From Thermoplasmatota archaeon (GTDB taxonomy: Archaea; Thermoplasmatota; E2; JACPAO01; JAHFTW01), in NCBI GenBank assembly GCA_049617695.1, contig JBMZJT010000001.1, forward strand, positions 1-58,557: a stretch of DNA of 58,557 bases. The letters run 5' to 3'. A program made the position numbers and the translations under genes. The notes below the pieces were generated by a model, which was given only the letters and a program-made list of their open reading frames with translations, had not been told where the DNA came from and made no database searches. This document shows, piece after piece, positions 9,507 through 19,817 of this stretch. The number at the start of each line of letters is the position of its first letter. Position 1 is the first letter of the stretch.

Positions 9507-10213
9507 CGAACATTCCAGACGACCACCCGCGGGCCGAGAGCCTGCGCACCCGGGAGGCCATGAAGGCAGCCGTCGAAGCTGGGCTTGTGCATGCTACGGG
9601 CTTGATTGCCCATGGACGCGGCGAGGCCTTCGACTATCTCTTGGGTGAGCGGACCGTGGATGCGGCCATGCCAGCGATTCGTCACGCCGCGGCGCTCATC
9701 GAGCGTGCCAAGCAACCGGTGCTGAGTCTCAACGGCAACGTCGTGGCGCTGGACGCCCCCGGCTGCGCCGCCATGCAACAGGCGTTTCCGGGGCTGCGCC
9801 TCGAAGTCAACTTGTTTCACCGGACGCCGGAACGCATCGAACGGCTCGTGCAGGCCGTGGAGGCTGCCGGCGCCGTGGATGTGCTCGGACGGGATCCCGA
9901 TGCACGGATTCCGGGACTCCAATCGGACCGCGCGCTGTGCTGTGAGGCAGGCATCGGCGGCGCCGACGTGGTCCTCGTGCCTCTGGAGGACGGGGATCGC
10001 TGCGAGGCGTTGGTCGCGATGGGAAAGACGGTCATCACCATTGACTTGAATCCACTGAGTCGCACGGCACAACGAGCCCATGTGACCATCGTGGACGAGT
10101 TGCGGCGGGCGCTGCGTGCCATCATCGCTGCGAAGGGAGCTCCACTCGCGGCTTTTGACAATGATACAAATTTGTCCACGATGCGTCGGGAAATGGCACA
10201 AACCTTGGCCTGA
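9503..10213 (+). CDS. archaeal 4-phosphopantoate--beta-alanine ligase (phosphopantothenate synthetase)
   Basis: 236 aa with IAHGRGEAFDYLLGE and LSLNGN blocks typical of the archaeal CoA-pathway enzyme family. The start overlaps the nadC stop by 4 nt. Confidence 0.7.
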   Translation: MTNIPDDHPRAESLRTREAMKAAVEAGLVHATGLIAHGRGEAFDYLLGERTVDAAMPAIRHAAALIERAKQPVLSLNGNVVALDAPGCAAMQQAFPGLRLEVNLFHRTPERIERLVQAVEAAGAVDVLGRDPDARIPGLQSDRALCCEAGIGGADVVLVPLEDGDRCEALVAMGKTVITIDLNPLSRTAQRAHVTIVDELRRALRAIIAAKGAPLAAFDNDTNLSTMRREMAQTLA

Positions 10214-10281
10214 ACGCCCCGATATTTCGGATCCAGACCAATCACCTTTTCTTCTCCCCCACCGACTAAATCACCATCACC

Positions 10282-12609
10282 ATGGTGCGAGCACTCCTCA
10301 TCGCCGCCGTGCTTCTGATCGGCACGGCCAGCGCGGCCGACGCAAATCGCCAAGAAGATACATGGCAGGCCGAGGCCGACATTGATGCAACCGCCATGGC
10401 CGCCCTCGAAGATTGGTACTTGTTTGGCACGGCGGACACCACGCCCACCACGGGCCAAGATATTGAGCCCAATCAGCCCGTCTGGTACCTCTGGAATGAA
10501 GCGGTCCGGGTTGGACAACCTCCCGAATGGCGGCAAGATCGCAGCGGCACCTCGGATCCTGAGTGCGTCATTGTCCCGAATCTCGCGGGTGTCCCTCCGG
10601 TGTTCACGGACTGTGTCGGCAACGTGGTGGCCGTTGATCTAGCTTGGCGCAGCGAAGGCCAAGACGGCATCGCGTATGTGTTGGGCGTCAACGACGGTGA
10701 TGGCGAAGGCAGCATGCAGTTGTTCACGAGTCAAGCTGGACTCCAGGATGCCTTCGCGTTTACTGGGGAAACCCTGAACGACGTGGCCATCAGTGGCGAC
10801 GGCGACTACGTGGCCGTTGCAACCACGGTTTCGGGTGACGAACTTGGCGATCCCGATACCGGCAACTTGCGTCTCTTCAACTTCAATGCGGGCACCCTCA
10901 TTTGGGAGCGCCCCCAGGATGATCCCGTGATGACCGTGGACATCGACGTGGCGGACAATGGCGCCACCGGGCGCATTGTCGCATCCTCGGACAGCTTCTT
11001 CCTCGGCTACGACCTGGGCGGTACGGTCTTCCGTCAAGCCCTTGGGGCCAACTTGGAAGCCACGAGCGTCGCGGTCTCCCACACGGCCACCCAGTGGGCT
11101 GTCGCGGGATTCACGCAGGGACATGTCAACTTGTATGGCTTGGAGACGCCACAAGTCTACGACCGACAAGCCAACGACAACCCGGACAACGAAGACATCG
11201 TCCAAGTCGCCATCACGGCCGATGGCCGCTTCTACGCTGCGGCCGACAGCGACGGGGATCTCTTCCTGTACAACAATGAATTCACAGACCTCGGCAGCCC
11301 TGGGCTGCTCGAAAAGATTGACCTCGGCACGACCATTCACGACCTGGCGTTCAGCCACAACGGTCGCTACCTCGTCGCCGCGGCCGACAGCACGGTCCAC
11401 TTCTACCGCGTCAGCACCGGCGGCCTCCAAGAATACTGGAGCGACACGCGCACCGGGGCCGTCGAACACGTCGACATCTCAGGAGATGGCGCCACGGTTC
11501 TGGCGACCGTGGGTGACACGGTCCATCGCTACGAAGAAGAGCGGAAATTGACGTTCACTGGGCCTGTCAGCGCCCTCACCATCGAGCCGGGTGCCAAGGA
11601 ACAGGCCACGGTCCAACTCAAGAATGATGGCAACCGAGATGTGGACATCGCGCTGAGCGCCGTCCTTCCGAAGGACTGGGGCGTTGAATTCGATCCCAAG
11701 AGCGTCACCCTGCCTCCTGGAGGCCAACAGAATGTCAAAGTCTCCTTGGTCGCAGCCGATGGTCACCCTGCCGGTGATGAACAGGTCATCATCAAGGCCG
11801 CCACGGGCTCCGGTAGCCAAGAAGTCACTCTTGACGTCGTGGTCCTCCAAGACCGTGTCTGGAACGTGCAGAGCAACGGCACACTCAACGTGGGCCTCGA
11901 TGCAGGCGGCAGCGCCACCCTGACGGTTCTCGTGACCAATGAGGGCAATGCCGTGGATGAAACGACGATCATTGCGACCACCGACAAAGAAGGCTGGAGC
12001 GTGACGGCACAGCCGGCCAGCGTCCGCCTGGATCCTGGTGAAATGACCAAGGTCCGCATCGTCGTACAAGCGCCCAGCGATGCCAAGGAGCTCGAAACGG
12101 CGATGATTCAGGTGTCGGCACTGGCTGAACCCGACGTCGTCGTGGATTTGACGGCGACGGTCGGCGCCAACTTTGGCATCTCCTTTGCTGGCACGCTGCA
12201 AGGCCCGCTTTACCCGGATGAGCGCAAGTCGTTCGAATTGAGCGTCACGAACACCGGCAACGCGCCGGACAGCATCCAGATTCAGACCGAAGGTCTCCCT
12301 CGGGGTTGGGACCTCATCTACCCCGATGGCAACAATCCATACACGGTCTTCAGCCTCCAACCCGGTGCCACGACGACCATTCCCGTCACGGTTGCCGTGG
12401 ATGACGATGCCGAGCTGGCCAACTATCAATTCCGCATCCGGGCCACGAGTCTTGGTGACAGCACCCAGAGTCAAGTCGTCACGATCACAGTCGCCGTGGA
12501 AGAGCTCCCGGTCGAAGAGCCGAAGGACAAGAAGAGTCCGGGGGCTCCGGTCGTTCTCCTGGTTTTGGCCCTGCTCGCCGTGGCCGGAACCCGCCGCTTC
12601 CGACCGTAA
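10282..12609 (+). CDS. secreted surface protein: beta-propeller-like N-terminal repeats plus NEW3/CARDB-like beta-sandwich domains, C-terminal SPG-hydrophobic-RR signal
   Basis: Signal peptide MVRALLIAAVLLIGTASAADA. Repeated propeller-like strands are seen (VAISGDGDYVAVAT, VAITADGRFYAAADSDGDLFLYN, LAFSHNGRYLVAAADSTVHFYR, VDISGDGATVLATVGD). The C-terminal half carries repeats of the L-P-x-G-W ... P-G ... pattern. The tail is KKSPGAPVVLLVLALLAVAGTRRFRP. Confidence 0.8.
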   Translation: MVRALLIAAVLLIGTASAADANRQEDTWQAEADIDATAMAALEDWYLFGTADTTPTTGQDIEPNQPVWYLWNEAVRVGQPPEWRQDRSGTSDPECVIVPNLAGVPPVFTDCVGNVVAVDLAWRSEGQDGIAYVLGVNDGDGEGSMQLFTSQAGLQDAFAFTGETLNDVAISGDGDYVAVATTVSGDELGDPDTGNLRLFNFNAGTLIWERPQDDPVMTVDIDVADNGATGRIVASSDSFFLGYDLGGTVFRQALGANLEATSVAVSHTATQWAVAGFTQGHVNLYGLETPQVYDRQANDNPDNEDIVQVAITADGRFYAAADSDGDLFLYNNEFTDLGSPGLLEKIDLGTTIHDLAFSHNGRYLVAAADSTVHFYRVSTGGLQEYWSDTRTGAVEHVDISGDGATVLATVGDTVHRYEEERKLTFTGPVSALTIEPGAKEQATVQLKNDGNRDVDIALSAVLPKDWGVEFDPKSVTLPPGGQQNVKVSLVAADGHPAGDEQVIIKAATGSGSQEVTLDVVVLQDRVWNVQSNGTLNVGLDAGGSATLTVLVTNEGNAVDETTIIATTDKEGWSVTAQPASVRLDPGEMTKVRIVVQAPSDAKELETAMIQVSALAEPDVVVDLTATVGANFGISFAGTLQGPLYPDERKSFELSVTNTGNAPDSIQIQTEGLPRGWDLIYPDGNNPYTVFSLQPGATTTIPVTVAVDDDAELANYQFRIRATSLGDSTQSQVVTITVAVEELPVEEPKDKKSPGAPVVLLVLALLAVAGTRRFRP

Positions 12610-12670
12610 CGACTATCAACTGACAAATCCACGAACGGCTAGAAAGGGCAGTTTGCCCTAGGAGTCGTGC

Positions 12671-15600
12671 ATGCGTGGACAAATCATTCCTCTAACGATC
12701 GTGGCAACCTTCGTGCTTGGCACGTTGGCGGCCGCCGCCCCGGCGACCGACAGCCAGATCACTGCCGCCGAGAACGCCCTTGACAACGTCGGTCCCCTCG
12801 GGGAAGACGTGCTTCAGGGCGACTGGGAAGAAAAACAGGAACGCCACCGCTGGTACTACCGCGACGGCGATGTCCTCAACTACGCGCGCGAAGGCCGCAA
12901 CGGCAACTGCTGCGGCTCCTGGTCGTACCTGTACGACCCCATCCAAGACCTGCCCGGCCTGGGCATCACCAGCGGCCCGGTCACCTTTGACTGGGGCACC
13001 ATCACCAACGACTTCGAGCTGGACCGCATCGTCTCGTCCGCGCACATCACGACCGGTGGCAGCACCGATGTCTATGTTGAACTCCTCGACGGCGACACGG
13101 TCATTCCTGGCGCCACCGTTATCCACCAATTCGATGCGCTCGTGTCCAACCAATACGACACGCCCGTCATCAGCCTCCTGACCAACGGCCCCGAATACGT
13201 CTCCCTCGTCGAATTCGACCCGCCAGTCGTCATTGCCGAAGGCACCGACCTCAAGGTCCGCGTGTCTGCCCCGGACCCCGTGCCGACCGACACCCAGCCG
13301 ACCGTCTTCAACTACGGCGCCGGCAGCATCGACAGCTACATTGAGCTCCATGGCAACATGGCGCGCGTCAACGCCTGGACCACGAACAACGACGGCGTCA
13401 CAACCGACTCCTTCCCTCTTGCCCAAGACGCGCCCAGTGAAGATCGCCACATCCGCACCTGGGTGGCGCACGTCAGCGCATTGGGCAGCGACCACACGCC
13501 GGGCCGCACGCCCCTCGACCCCGCCCAGCACGGCGTCCAAGTCCGCATTCTGGACAAGGATGGCAACGACCGCACTGGCATCACCGACATCCGTGTGAAC
13601 ACCCGGATCATCAAGGCCGCCGCCCCCGGCATGAACCTCGTCGAATTCGACATCCAATACCCGGACAACCTGCTCGATGAAGCCGGCAACCCGTACGACG
13701 GTCGCCTCATCATCGAGTTGTACGGTCAAAACCAGCAATGGGTCCACCGCATCCCGGTTGCCATCGCTGGCGCCCAAGTGGAGCTGGACCTGGCTGAATT
13801 TGAAGATGCGACCAAGACCATCCTCACGGGCGAGGACACCACGTTCCTCTTCGAGTTGCGCAATGGCGGCATCGTTCCCGATGACGTCATCATCACCGGC
13901 GATGAACTCAATGGCTGGAGCCTCGACGTGTTGGTGGATTCCATCAACTTGTCTCCTGGCGAAAGCCGCGTGTTCCCCATTACGATTCAGCCTCCGGCTA
14001 GCGGCCTGAGTGGCGACTTCCAAAGCTTTGACATCAAGGCCATCAGCAGCCGGACGGGCCAAACCGACACCGAGACGGTCACCGTCATCCTGACGGACAT
14101 TGAAACGAACGGCGTCGATTTGTTGGCCAGTCAATTGGAGACCGTCCAAATTTCGGCCGGTCAGACCAAGAGCATTGGCTTGACGATCAAGAACCTCGGC
14201 AACAGCGCTGAGGACTTCAGCCTCAGCACCGCTGGCGCGCCCCTTGGCTGGAAGGCCAAGCTGAGTCCGTCCAGTACGGAACTGGGTGCCAAGAGCCAGA
14301 GCGGTACCCTGCTGACTGTCACGGCGCCCGAAGATGCCCAACAGGGTGACAAATTCGCCTTGACCGTCACCGTGCGCAGCATCGTGGACAACACCATCAA
14401 GGACACCATCATCGTGCCCTACGAAGTGTTCTTCCGCGAGGACTTCACCCTTGAAGTGAGCCACGAAGCCATTGCCGGTGAATTCCAGAACTACATCACC
14501 ACCTTGGCAGACATGCAGGCGTTCTCGGACACCAACAGTCTGGTCCCTGCGCCCGGCATTCACACCCTGCGCGACGAAGGAACCGATGGCGACACGGCTG
14601 ATTACGCCAACACGGCCACGGTTCCCTGCTCGCCCCTGACCGTCGCAGGCGTTCGCCCCTGCCTCGATGCCAACCCTGGCTCCAACTGGGATGGCCGTGG
14701 CGACCCGGACATTGACTACGACCAATCCACACTGTTCCGCCTGGTCCTGACCAACCATGGCAACCGCGAGGACACCGTGCGCTTGACGCCCAACTGGGTC
14801 TTCGACGGCGCTTGGGAATCTCGCGACGTGGCCGAGTGCGAAGAGCGCGATGGCGGCAACACCGATGGTGTCCCTGATGGCTGGCGCTTCCGCTACTGGG
14901 AGGCCGGCACGCCCCTGCCGCCTGCCCTCGATGGCCCCTACGGCATGACCGATTCCAACAGCCACGACGAGAACCCCGCCGGCGGTCTTGGCAACCGCCG
15001 CCTGTCTGCAGACATCCGTACGGTGGACTTGGAAGCGGGCGAAGAGAAAATCATCTGGGTGGAGCTTGGCTGGCAAATGGTCAAGCGCATGGACGACTCG
15101 GACAACCAGAACACGGACAGCCTTGCAAATTCCGTGTGCACAGAAGGCACGGTCCAATCCGGTGCCGGCACCCGCATGGGTGGTGGCGCCTCCGACGGCG
15201 GTGACTACACGGACGCCACCAAGAACGCCGTCGTCAAGTTCACCGCCGAAAGCCTGCGCGACTTGACCAAGGTGCAAGACCTCTACGTCCGCGCCCACTA
15301 CGAACCCGATGGGTCCCAGGTGCGCGACGGCAGCCAACGCTACTCTGGCCAACACAACCAAGTCTACTTGGGTCTGGACACGGCGGACTACACCAACCCG
15401 GAACAGATTGGCGACCTCAATGTGCACCTCACCAAGGGCACCGAAGAGGAACGCACGGCGGACTTCCACCTGCGCGTCGTCAATGCCGGCAACGAACAGG
15501 ACACCATCCGCGTCGAGATTCCGATTGACACGGACGCCTACGAGTACTTCATCTCGGAAGCGGCCGCCGAACCCGGCGTCGTGACGGCAAACCGCGTGGA

Positions 15601-18124
15601 CCACAACCCCGGCAACCCTCGGGCCGTCGGCTGCACCGACCCTGCTGGCAAGTCCTTCATGGACTGCACTCTCGGTGCCTTCGACGAGATTGACTTCAAC
15701 GTCAACGTCCGTGCCAAGCTCGACAAGGTCCCCATTGGACAAATCCACACCTTGCAAGTGCGGGCAACCAGCCTGGACAGCCTCCAGGTGGCCGGCGGCG
15801 CCGTGACCAGCCTCGTGACGCTCCAAGCCTTGGCAACCGGAACCCATGCCTTTGCCATCACGGAGCCTGTCGTCGCCGATGGTATCCACGATGTCGATGT
15901 CGTTGCAGGGGAAACCTTCCGCGTTCCCTTCGTCATCCAAAACCAGGGCACCAGTTTCGACAACTACCAAGTCGATCTGCTCGAACAACCTCCGGCAGAC
16001 AGTGGCTGGGAAGGCATCATCGGCTTCAACAGCCCACAATTCGTGGCCGCTGGCAAGGACCATGTTGGCTTCCTGACGGTCGCTGCGCCGGAAGATGCCC
16101 AAGTCGGTGATTCGGAGACCTTCCGTGTTCGCGTCGCCAGCCTGGATGGCGTCGATGTGCCCCAACGCACCCTGCGCATCCAAGCCAATGTCGTGGCCGC
16201 ACCGGCCGGCATCGAACTGGTCGCCGATCCGATTGAAATCATTGGATTCCCGGGCAGCACCGTCGATGTCACGTACAAGGCGACGCGCACCAGTGGTCTT
16301 GCCACAAACGTCGACTTTGCCTTGGACGAAGACGCGCTTCCCAACGGATGGAGTGTCGTCGGTGACGCAACGCCAGCCGCCGTCGATTACGACGTCAACG
16401 GCCAAGCGACGTACACGTTCCAAATCCAAGTGCCGAGTGAAGCAATCGGCAGCAGCCGCTTGCCGGTCACGGCCACGGCGACGGACAGCAACGACAACGA
16501 AGCACGTGCGCAAGCGGTCATCAACCTCGACAGCTCTGTCTTCGGGGTCCGCTTGAGCAGTCCTGAAGACTTCGAAGCCGAAGAATTGACCACGAACGTT
16601 GTGGCTGGATCCAAGGTCGAAGTGCCTGTCCGCGTCCAGAACCTGGGCGGCGGCGTCGATCGCATCGCCTTGACAACGGAGCCGCTGCCGGAAGGCTGGC
16701 AGGTCATCTTTAGTGAAGGCAACCCCGACGCGGCAAGCTTCCAGCCATTCGAAGCACGCAACGTCATCGTGACTGTCGTGGCACCGGAAGGCGTTCCCGC
16801 TGGCCAAGGCATCGACGTGGTGCTCGTCGGCACCAGTACGGGTGATGTGACGCGCACGGACAACTTCGTGATCAAGGTCCGCACCGGCCAATCGATTCTC
16901 GAAGTCGGTGTCCCGACGGCGCCCACGCGCTACGTCGCGCCGCTCGAAGAGGTTGTGTACAACTTCGCCGTGCGCAACAACGGCACCGTGCGTGACGAGA
17001 TCACCTTCGGTGCGGGTCTCTCGGCAGCGTACGAAGACTTGCTCCAGGTGTCCTTCAACCCGGCGAGTGCAAACCTGGGCCCTGGTGAAAGCGCCAGTGT
17101 CACGGCGCGGCTGACGGTTCCTGAAGGCTTCCTGTCGGGTGCGGTCATTCCCATCAAGCTGCAAGCCACCAGTGATGGACCGTTCCTCAATGCCTTTGGC
17201 GAATCCTCCGTCGAAGTGCGGCTGCTCGAACACCGCACCCTGGACATTGATAACGATGGCAACCCGGAGTACGCCGTTGACCGCAACCGTGACGGCAGTG
17301 ACGGATTCGAAGACTACACGGATCCCGTCGCCGGAGGCAAAGCCAGTGCATCGATTGACATGAGCCAGTTCTTGACGCCGGAAGCGATCGATGACTGGAC
17401 CGTTCTCGTCACGGACAATGGCACGACGGTGAGCGTCTTCGCCTACAGCTTCGACCTGACTGGCGACGGCCGCATCGACCACTTCATCGACGATGACCAA
17501 GACAACCTGCCCGACACGTTCTGGGATCCCCACACCAACGGCCGCGACGACTTGGAAATTACGTACGATGTCACCAACGATGGCGTGCGTGAATACTTCG
17601 TCGACGTCAACAGCGACGGTCTGCTCGACGTCTGGTACGACATCACCACTGGCCAAGTCGGCCAACTTCTGAAGGTCGACGTCGATGGCGATGGTGCCCC
17701 CGACTTCGTGGTGGACCTCGATGGCGATGGCATGCAAGATGATGGCGAACCCGTGCTCTTTGGTAGCGACGGTCGCATCACGAAGATCACGCAGAGCCTC
17801 GACGTCAACGGCGACGGCCGCCCGGATTTGGTCGTCGATGAAGACGGCGACGGCATTCCGGACTACTTCGTCCCCGCCGGCAAGACTCGTGGTGTCGCGA
17901 TTGTCCTGGAAGACGTCAACGGCGACGGCGTGGAAGACTGGACCTACGACGCCAACAACGACGGCCGCCGCGACAGCTACTACGACCCGGTGACCGGCCA
18001 AACGGGCAGCATCGACACGGGCAGTGAATTCATCGACGGCCTGAGCCGCTACTGGTACGTCCCGACGCTTTTCGCGCTCGTCACCGTCCTGTTCGTCGTC
18101 CTTGTCGTGGTGACCCGGAGGTAA
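12671..18124 (+). CDS. giant (1817 aa) cell-surface protein with multiple NEW3/CARDB-like domains, a C-terminal Ca-binding DxDxDG repeat region and a C-terminal membrane anchor
   Basis: AGGAG-type SD lies 8 nt upstream of the ATG. Signal peptide MRGQIIPLTIVATFVLGTLAAAAPA. A recurrent domain signature is present (TVTAPEDAQQGD, TVAAPEDAQVGD, VVAPEGVPAGQG, LTVPEGFLSG). Twelve DxDxDG loops are present. The tail is YWYVPTLFALVTVLFVVLVVVTRR. Confidence 0.85.
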   Translation: MRGQIIPLTIVATFVLGTLAAAAPATDSQITAAENALDNVGPLGEDVLQGDWEEKQERHRWYYRDGDVLNYAREGRNGNCCGSWSYLYDPIQDLPGLGITSGPVTFDWGTITNDFELDRIVSSAHITTGGSTDVYVELLDGDTVIPGATVIHQFDALVSNQYDTPVISLLTNGPEYVSLVEFDPPVVIAEGTDLKVRVSAPDPVPTDTQPTVFNYGAGSIDSYIELHGNMARVNAWTTNNDGVTTDSFPLAQDAPSEDRHIRTWVAHVSALGSDHTPGRTPLDPAQHGVQVRILDKDGNDRTGITDIRVNTRIIKAAAPGMNLVEFDIQYPDNLLDEAGNPYDGRLIIELYGQNQQWVHRIPVAIAGAQVELDLAEFEDATKTILTGEDTTFLFELRNGGIVPDDVIITGDELNGWSLDVLVDSINLSPGESRVFPITIQPPASGLSGDFQSFDIKAISSRTGQTDTETVTVILTDIETNGVDLLASQLETVQISAGQTKSIGLTIKNLGNSAEDFSLSTAGAPLGWKAKLSPSSTELGAKSQSGTLLTVTAPEDAQQGDKFALTVTVRSIVDNTIKDTIIVPYEVFFREDFTLEVSHEAIAGEFQNYITTLADMQAFSDTNSLVPAPGIHTLRDEGTDGDTADYANTATVPCSPLTVAGVRPCLDANPGSNWDGRGDPDIDYDQSTLFRLVLTNHGNREDTVRLTPNWVFDGAWESRDVAECEERDGGNTDGVPDGWRFRYWEAGTPLPPALDGPYGMTDSNSHDENPAGGLGNRRLSADIRTVDLEAGEEKIIWVELGWQMVKRMDDSDNQNTDSLANSVCTEGTVQSGAGTRMGGGASDGGDYTDATKNAVVKFTAESLRDLTKVQDLYVRAHYEPDGSQVRDGSQRYSGQHNQVYLGLDTADYTNPEQIGDLNVHLTKGTEEERTADFHLRVVNAGNEQDTIRVEIPIDTDAYEYFISEAAAEPGVVTANRVDHNPGNPRAVGCTDPAGKSFMDCTLGAFDEIDFNVNVRAKLDKVPIGQIHTLQVRATSLDSLQVAGGAVTSLVTLQALATGTHAFAITEPVVADGIHDVDVVAGETFRVPFVIQNQGTSFDNYQVDLLEQPPADSGWEGIIGFNSPQFVAAGKDHVGFLTVAAPEDAQVGDSETFRVRVASLDGVDVPQRTLRIQANVVAAPAGIELVADPIEIIGFPGSTVDVTYKATRTSGLATNVDFALDEDALPNGWSVVGDATPAAVDYDVNGQATYTFQIQVPSEAIGSSRLPVTATATDSNDNEARAQAVINLDSSVFGVRLSSPEDFEAEELTTNVVAGSKVEVPVRVQNLGGGVDRIALTTEPLPEGWQVIFSEGNPDAASFQPFEARNVIVTVVAPEGVPAGQGIDVVLVGTSTGDVTRTDNFVIKVRTGQSILEVGVPTAPTRYVAPLEEVVYNFAVRNNGTVRDEITFGAGLSAAYEDLLQVSFNPASANLGPGESASVTARLTVPEGFLSGAVIPIKLQATSDGPFLNAFGESSVEVRLLEHRTLDIDNDGNPEYAVDRNRDGSDGFEDYTDPVAGGKASASIDMSQFLTPEAIDDWTVLVTDNGTTVSVFAYSFDLTGDGRIDHFIDDDQDNLPDTFWDPHTNGRDDLEITYDVTNDGVREYFVDVNSDGLLDVWYDITTGQVGQLLKVDVDGDGAPDFVVDLDGDGMQDDGEPVLFGSDGRITKITQSLDVNGDGRPDLVVDEDGDGIPDYFVPAGKTRGVAIVLEDVNGDGVEDWTYDANNDGRRDSYYDPVTGQTGSIDTGSEFIDGLSRYWYVPTLFALVTVLFVVLVVVTRR
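17243..17990 (+). repeat. array of 12 FG-GAP/VCBS-like DxDxDG calcium-binding loops in six pairs (protein-level repeat within the giant gene)
   Basis: The loops, read from the translation, are DIDNDGNPE, DRNRDGSDG, DLTGDGRID, DDDQDNLPD, DVTNDGVRE, DVNSDGLLD, DVDGDGAPD, DLDGDGMQD, DVNGDGRPD, DEDGDGIPD, DVNGDGVED and DANNDGRRD. Confidence 0.7.
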
Positions 18125-18128
18125 ATCG

Positions 18129-19784
18129 ATGCGCATCCAGCTTGTTGCCCTGATGACGGCGCTGGCGCTGCTTCCCGCTGCGCAGGCGCAAGAAGCCCAG
18201 GATCCAATCGTCCATGACGTCCGCCTGATGCTCGGCGATGCCGAAATTTCGAGTATCGACATCATCGACGATCACGCCAAGGCGTTCACCTACGAAGTCG
18301 ATGTCGAAGACCCAGACTTTGGTGGAGAAATCCTGCTCGTTGAATTGGTCGTGCACCTGCCCAACGGGGCGCTCACCTTGCGCCCGACCCTGGCAGAACG
18401 CGATGGGGACATCGAAACTTGGAGTGGCAGCCACCCCGTCGACGACGTGCGCCTCGTGGTCGGCACCCACCCCGCCGAGCTACGCGTCTTCGATCGCAAC
18501 GGAGGCCAGACCTTCTGCGCCATCGAAGGCAACCAAGGCTCCTGCTTCAATGGGCCCGACGTGGACAGCCTCGGCGTCACGTGGACGTCTCAGAGCAGCT
18601 ACCAGCTGGGCCTGGACTTGCTGGACGCCGATGCCGATGAAACCCAAGTTCTTGGACCCGGAGGCAAAATCCGTCTCGACGTCGGTGTCAGCAGTGCCAC
18701 GCAAGATGCCCCCTGGGCATTGCAACATGTCCGCTTCGTCAACGAATACGGCGAATTCACCACGGCTGCCAAGAGTCTCCGCGTCCCCTACGTCATCGGC
18801 CCGCAGGATTTGCAGCAAGGCATGCAGGCCCTGACGATCACGGCAACTGACCGCGCAGGCCGAGCTGTCAGCCTCGAAGTCGATGCCGATGTGGATACGA
18901 AGGCACCGCTGGTCGATGTCGCGCTGCCGGCCTTGACCTACCAAGGTGTCCCCTTCGACGTGCGCGTCCAAGTTGATGACGCCAACGACTACACGGCAAC
19001 CGCCATCCTCGATGATGTGCGGATCAACCAGACCGGTGGCCCGGGCGTAGGATTGGTGCCGTTCACATTCGAACGCGATTTGCTGGGCAACGGCAGTCTG
19101 CTCGTTCGTGTTGTTGACGTTTATGGCAACCAGTTCCTGCGCCAAGTCAACGTGACAACGGTGGAAGCTCGCACCGATTCGACGGTTCGCGTGGAAGTCA
19201 CGCCGAGCCATCCGCTGCCGCAAGAGAACGTCACCGTGCGCTTCACCGCCCAGCAACAAAGCGGTGTTGCGACGTTGCCATTCAACCTCACCTTGACCGT
19301 CGATGGCCTGGGCGTCGTTTGCTGCGATGAAGGCGTCGATGTACCGCTCAACGTGCCATACGAGTATGCGTTCAGCCGCTTCTACCTGCCCGGGCAATAC
19401 GCATTCAATGCAACGATTGCCCCGGTCCCTGGCGTCAACGAAACGGACGACAGCGACCAAACCGATGTCGGCTTCTTCGAGGTGTTCATGGGAAAGGTGG
19501 TCTACAATGATGAGACCTACTTCATGCGCCTTGGCGACGGCGGCATCGAACCCAGCCATGCCGTCAGCCCAGGTGGTAGCCTGTATGACGTCACGGCGCG
19601 GGAGCAGAATGGTGGCACGGTGTTTGCTTTCACGGCCAAAGGCGTCGACCTGTACTGGGATCCGCTCATGCGCGTCACGGACCTGACGCCGGAAGAGACG
19701 GAGCCTGGCGAAGAGAGTCCCGGGGTGCCGGTCGCCCTCGTGCTGCTCCTGGTTGGCATGCTTGCCTGGGCGCGTCGCAGGTAA
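18129..19784 (+). CDS. secreted surface protein with C-terminal SPG-hydrophobic-RRR signal
   Basis: Starts 4 nt after the giant gene stop. Signal peptide MRIQLVALMTALALLPAAQA. The tail is TPEETEPGEESPGVPVALVLLLVGMLAWARRR. Confidence 0.8.
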   Translation: MRIQLVALMTALALLPAAQAQEAQDPIVHDVRLMLGDAEISSIDIIDDHAKAFTYEVDVEDPDFGGEILLVELVVHLPNGALTLRPTLAERDGDIETWSGSHPVDDVRLVVGTHPAELRVFDRNGGQTFCAIEGNQGSCFNGPDVDSLGVTWTSQSSYQLGLDLLDADADETQVLGPGGKIRLDVGVSSATQDAPWALQHVRFVNEYGEFTTAAKSLRVPYVIGPQDLQQGMQALTITATDRAGRAVSLEVDADVDTKAPLVDVALPALTYQGVPFDVRVQVDDANDYTATAILDDVRINQTGGPGVGLVPFTFERDLLGNGSLLVRVVDVYGNQFLRQVNVTTVEARTDSTVRVEVTPSHPLPQENVTVRFTAQQQSGVATLPFNLTLTVDGLGVVCCDEGVDVPLNVPYEYAFSRFYLPGQYAFNATIAPVPGVNETDDSDQTDVGFFEVFMGKVVYNDETYFMRLGDGGIEPSHAVSPGGSLYDVTAREQNGGTVFAFTAKGVDLYWDPLMRVTDLTPEETEPGEESPGVPVALVLLLVGMLAWARRR

Positions 19785-19817
19785 CCCCTTCAAGTCCTCC
19801 TTCTCCTTCCTTCCCCT

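Noticed and set aside
12692-18265. 1857-aa ORF antisense to the giant surface-protein gene
   Set aside because: It is a shadow ORF of a GC-rich gene. The composition is dominated by Arg/Gly/Val/Asp/His/Ala runs, and there is no signal peptide, domain pattern or recognisable motif. The sense strand has a signal peptide, repeated domains and a membrane anchor.
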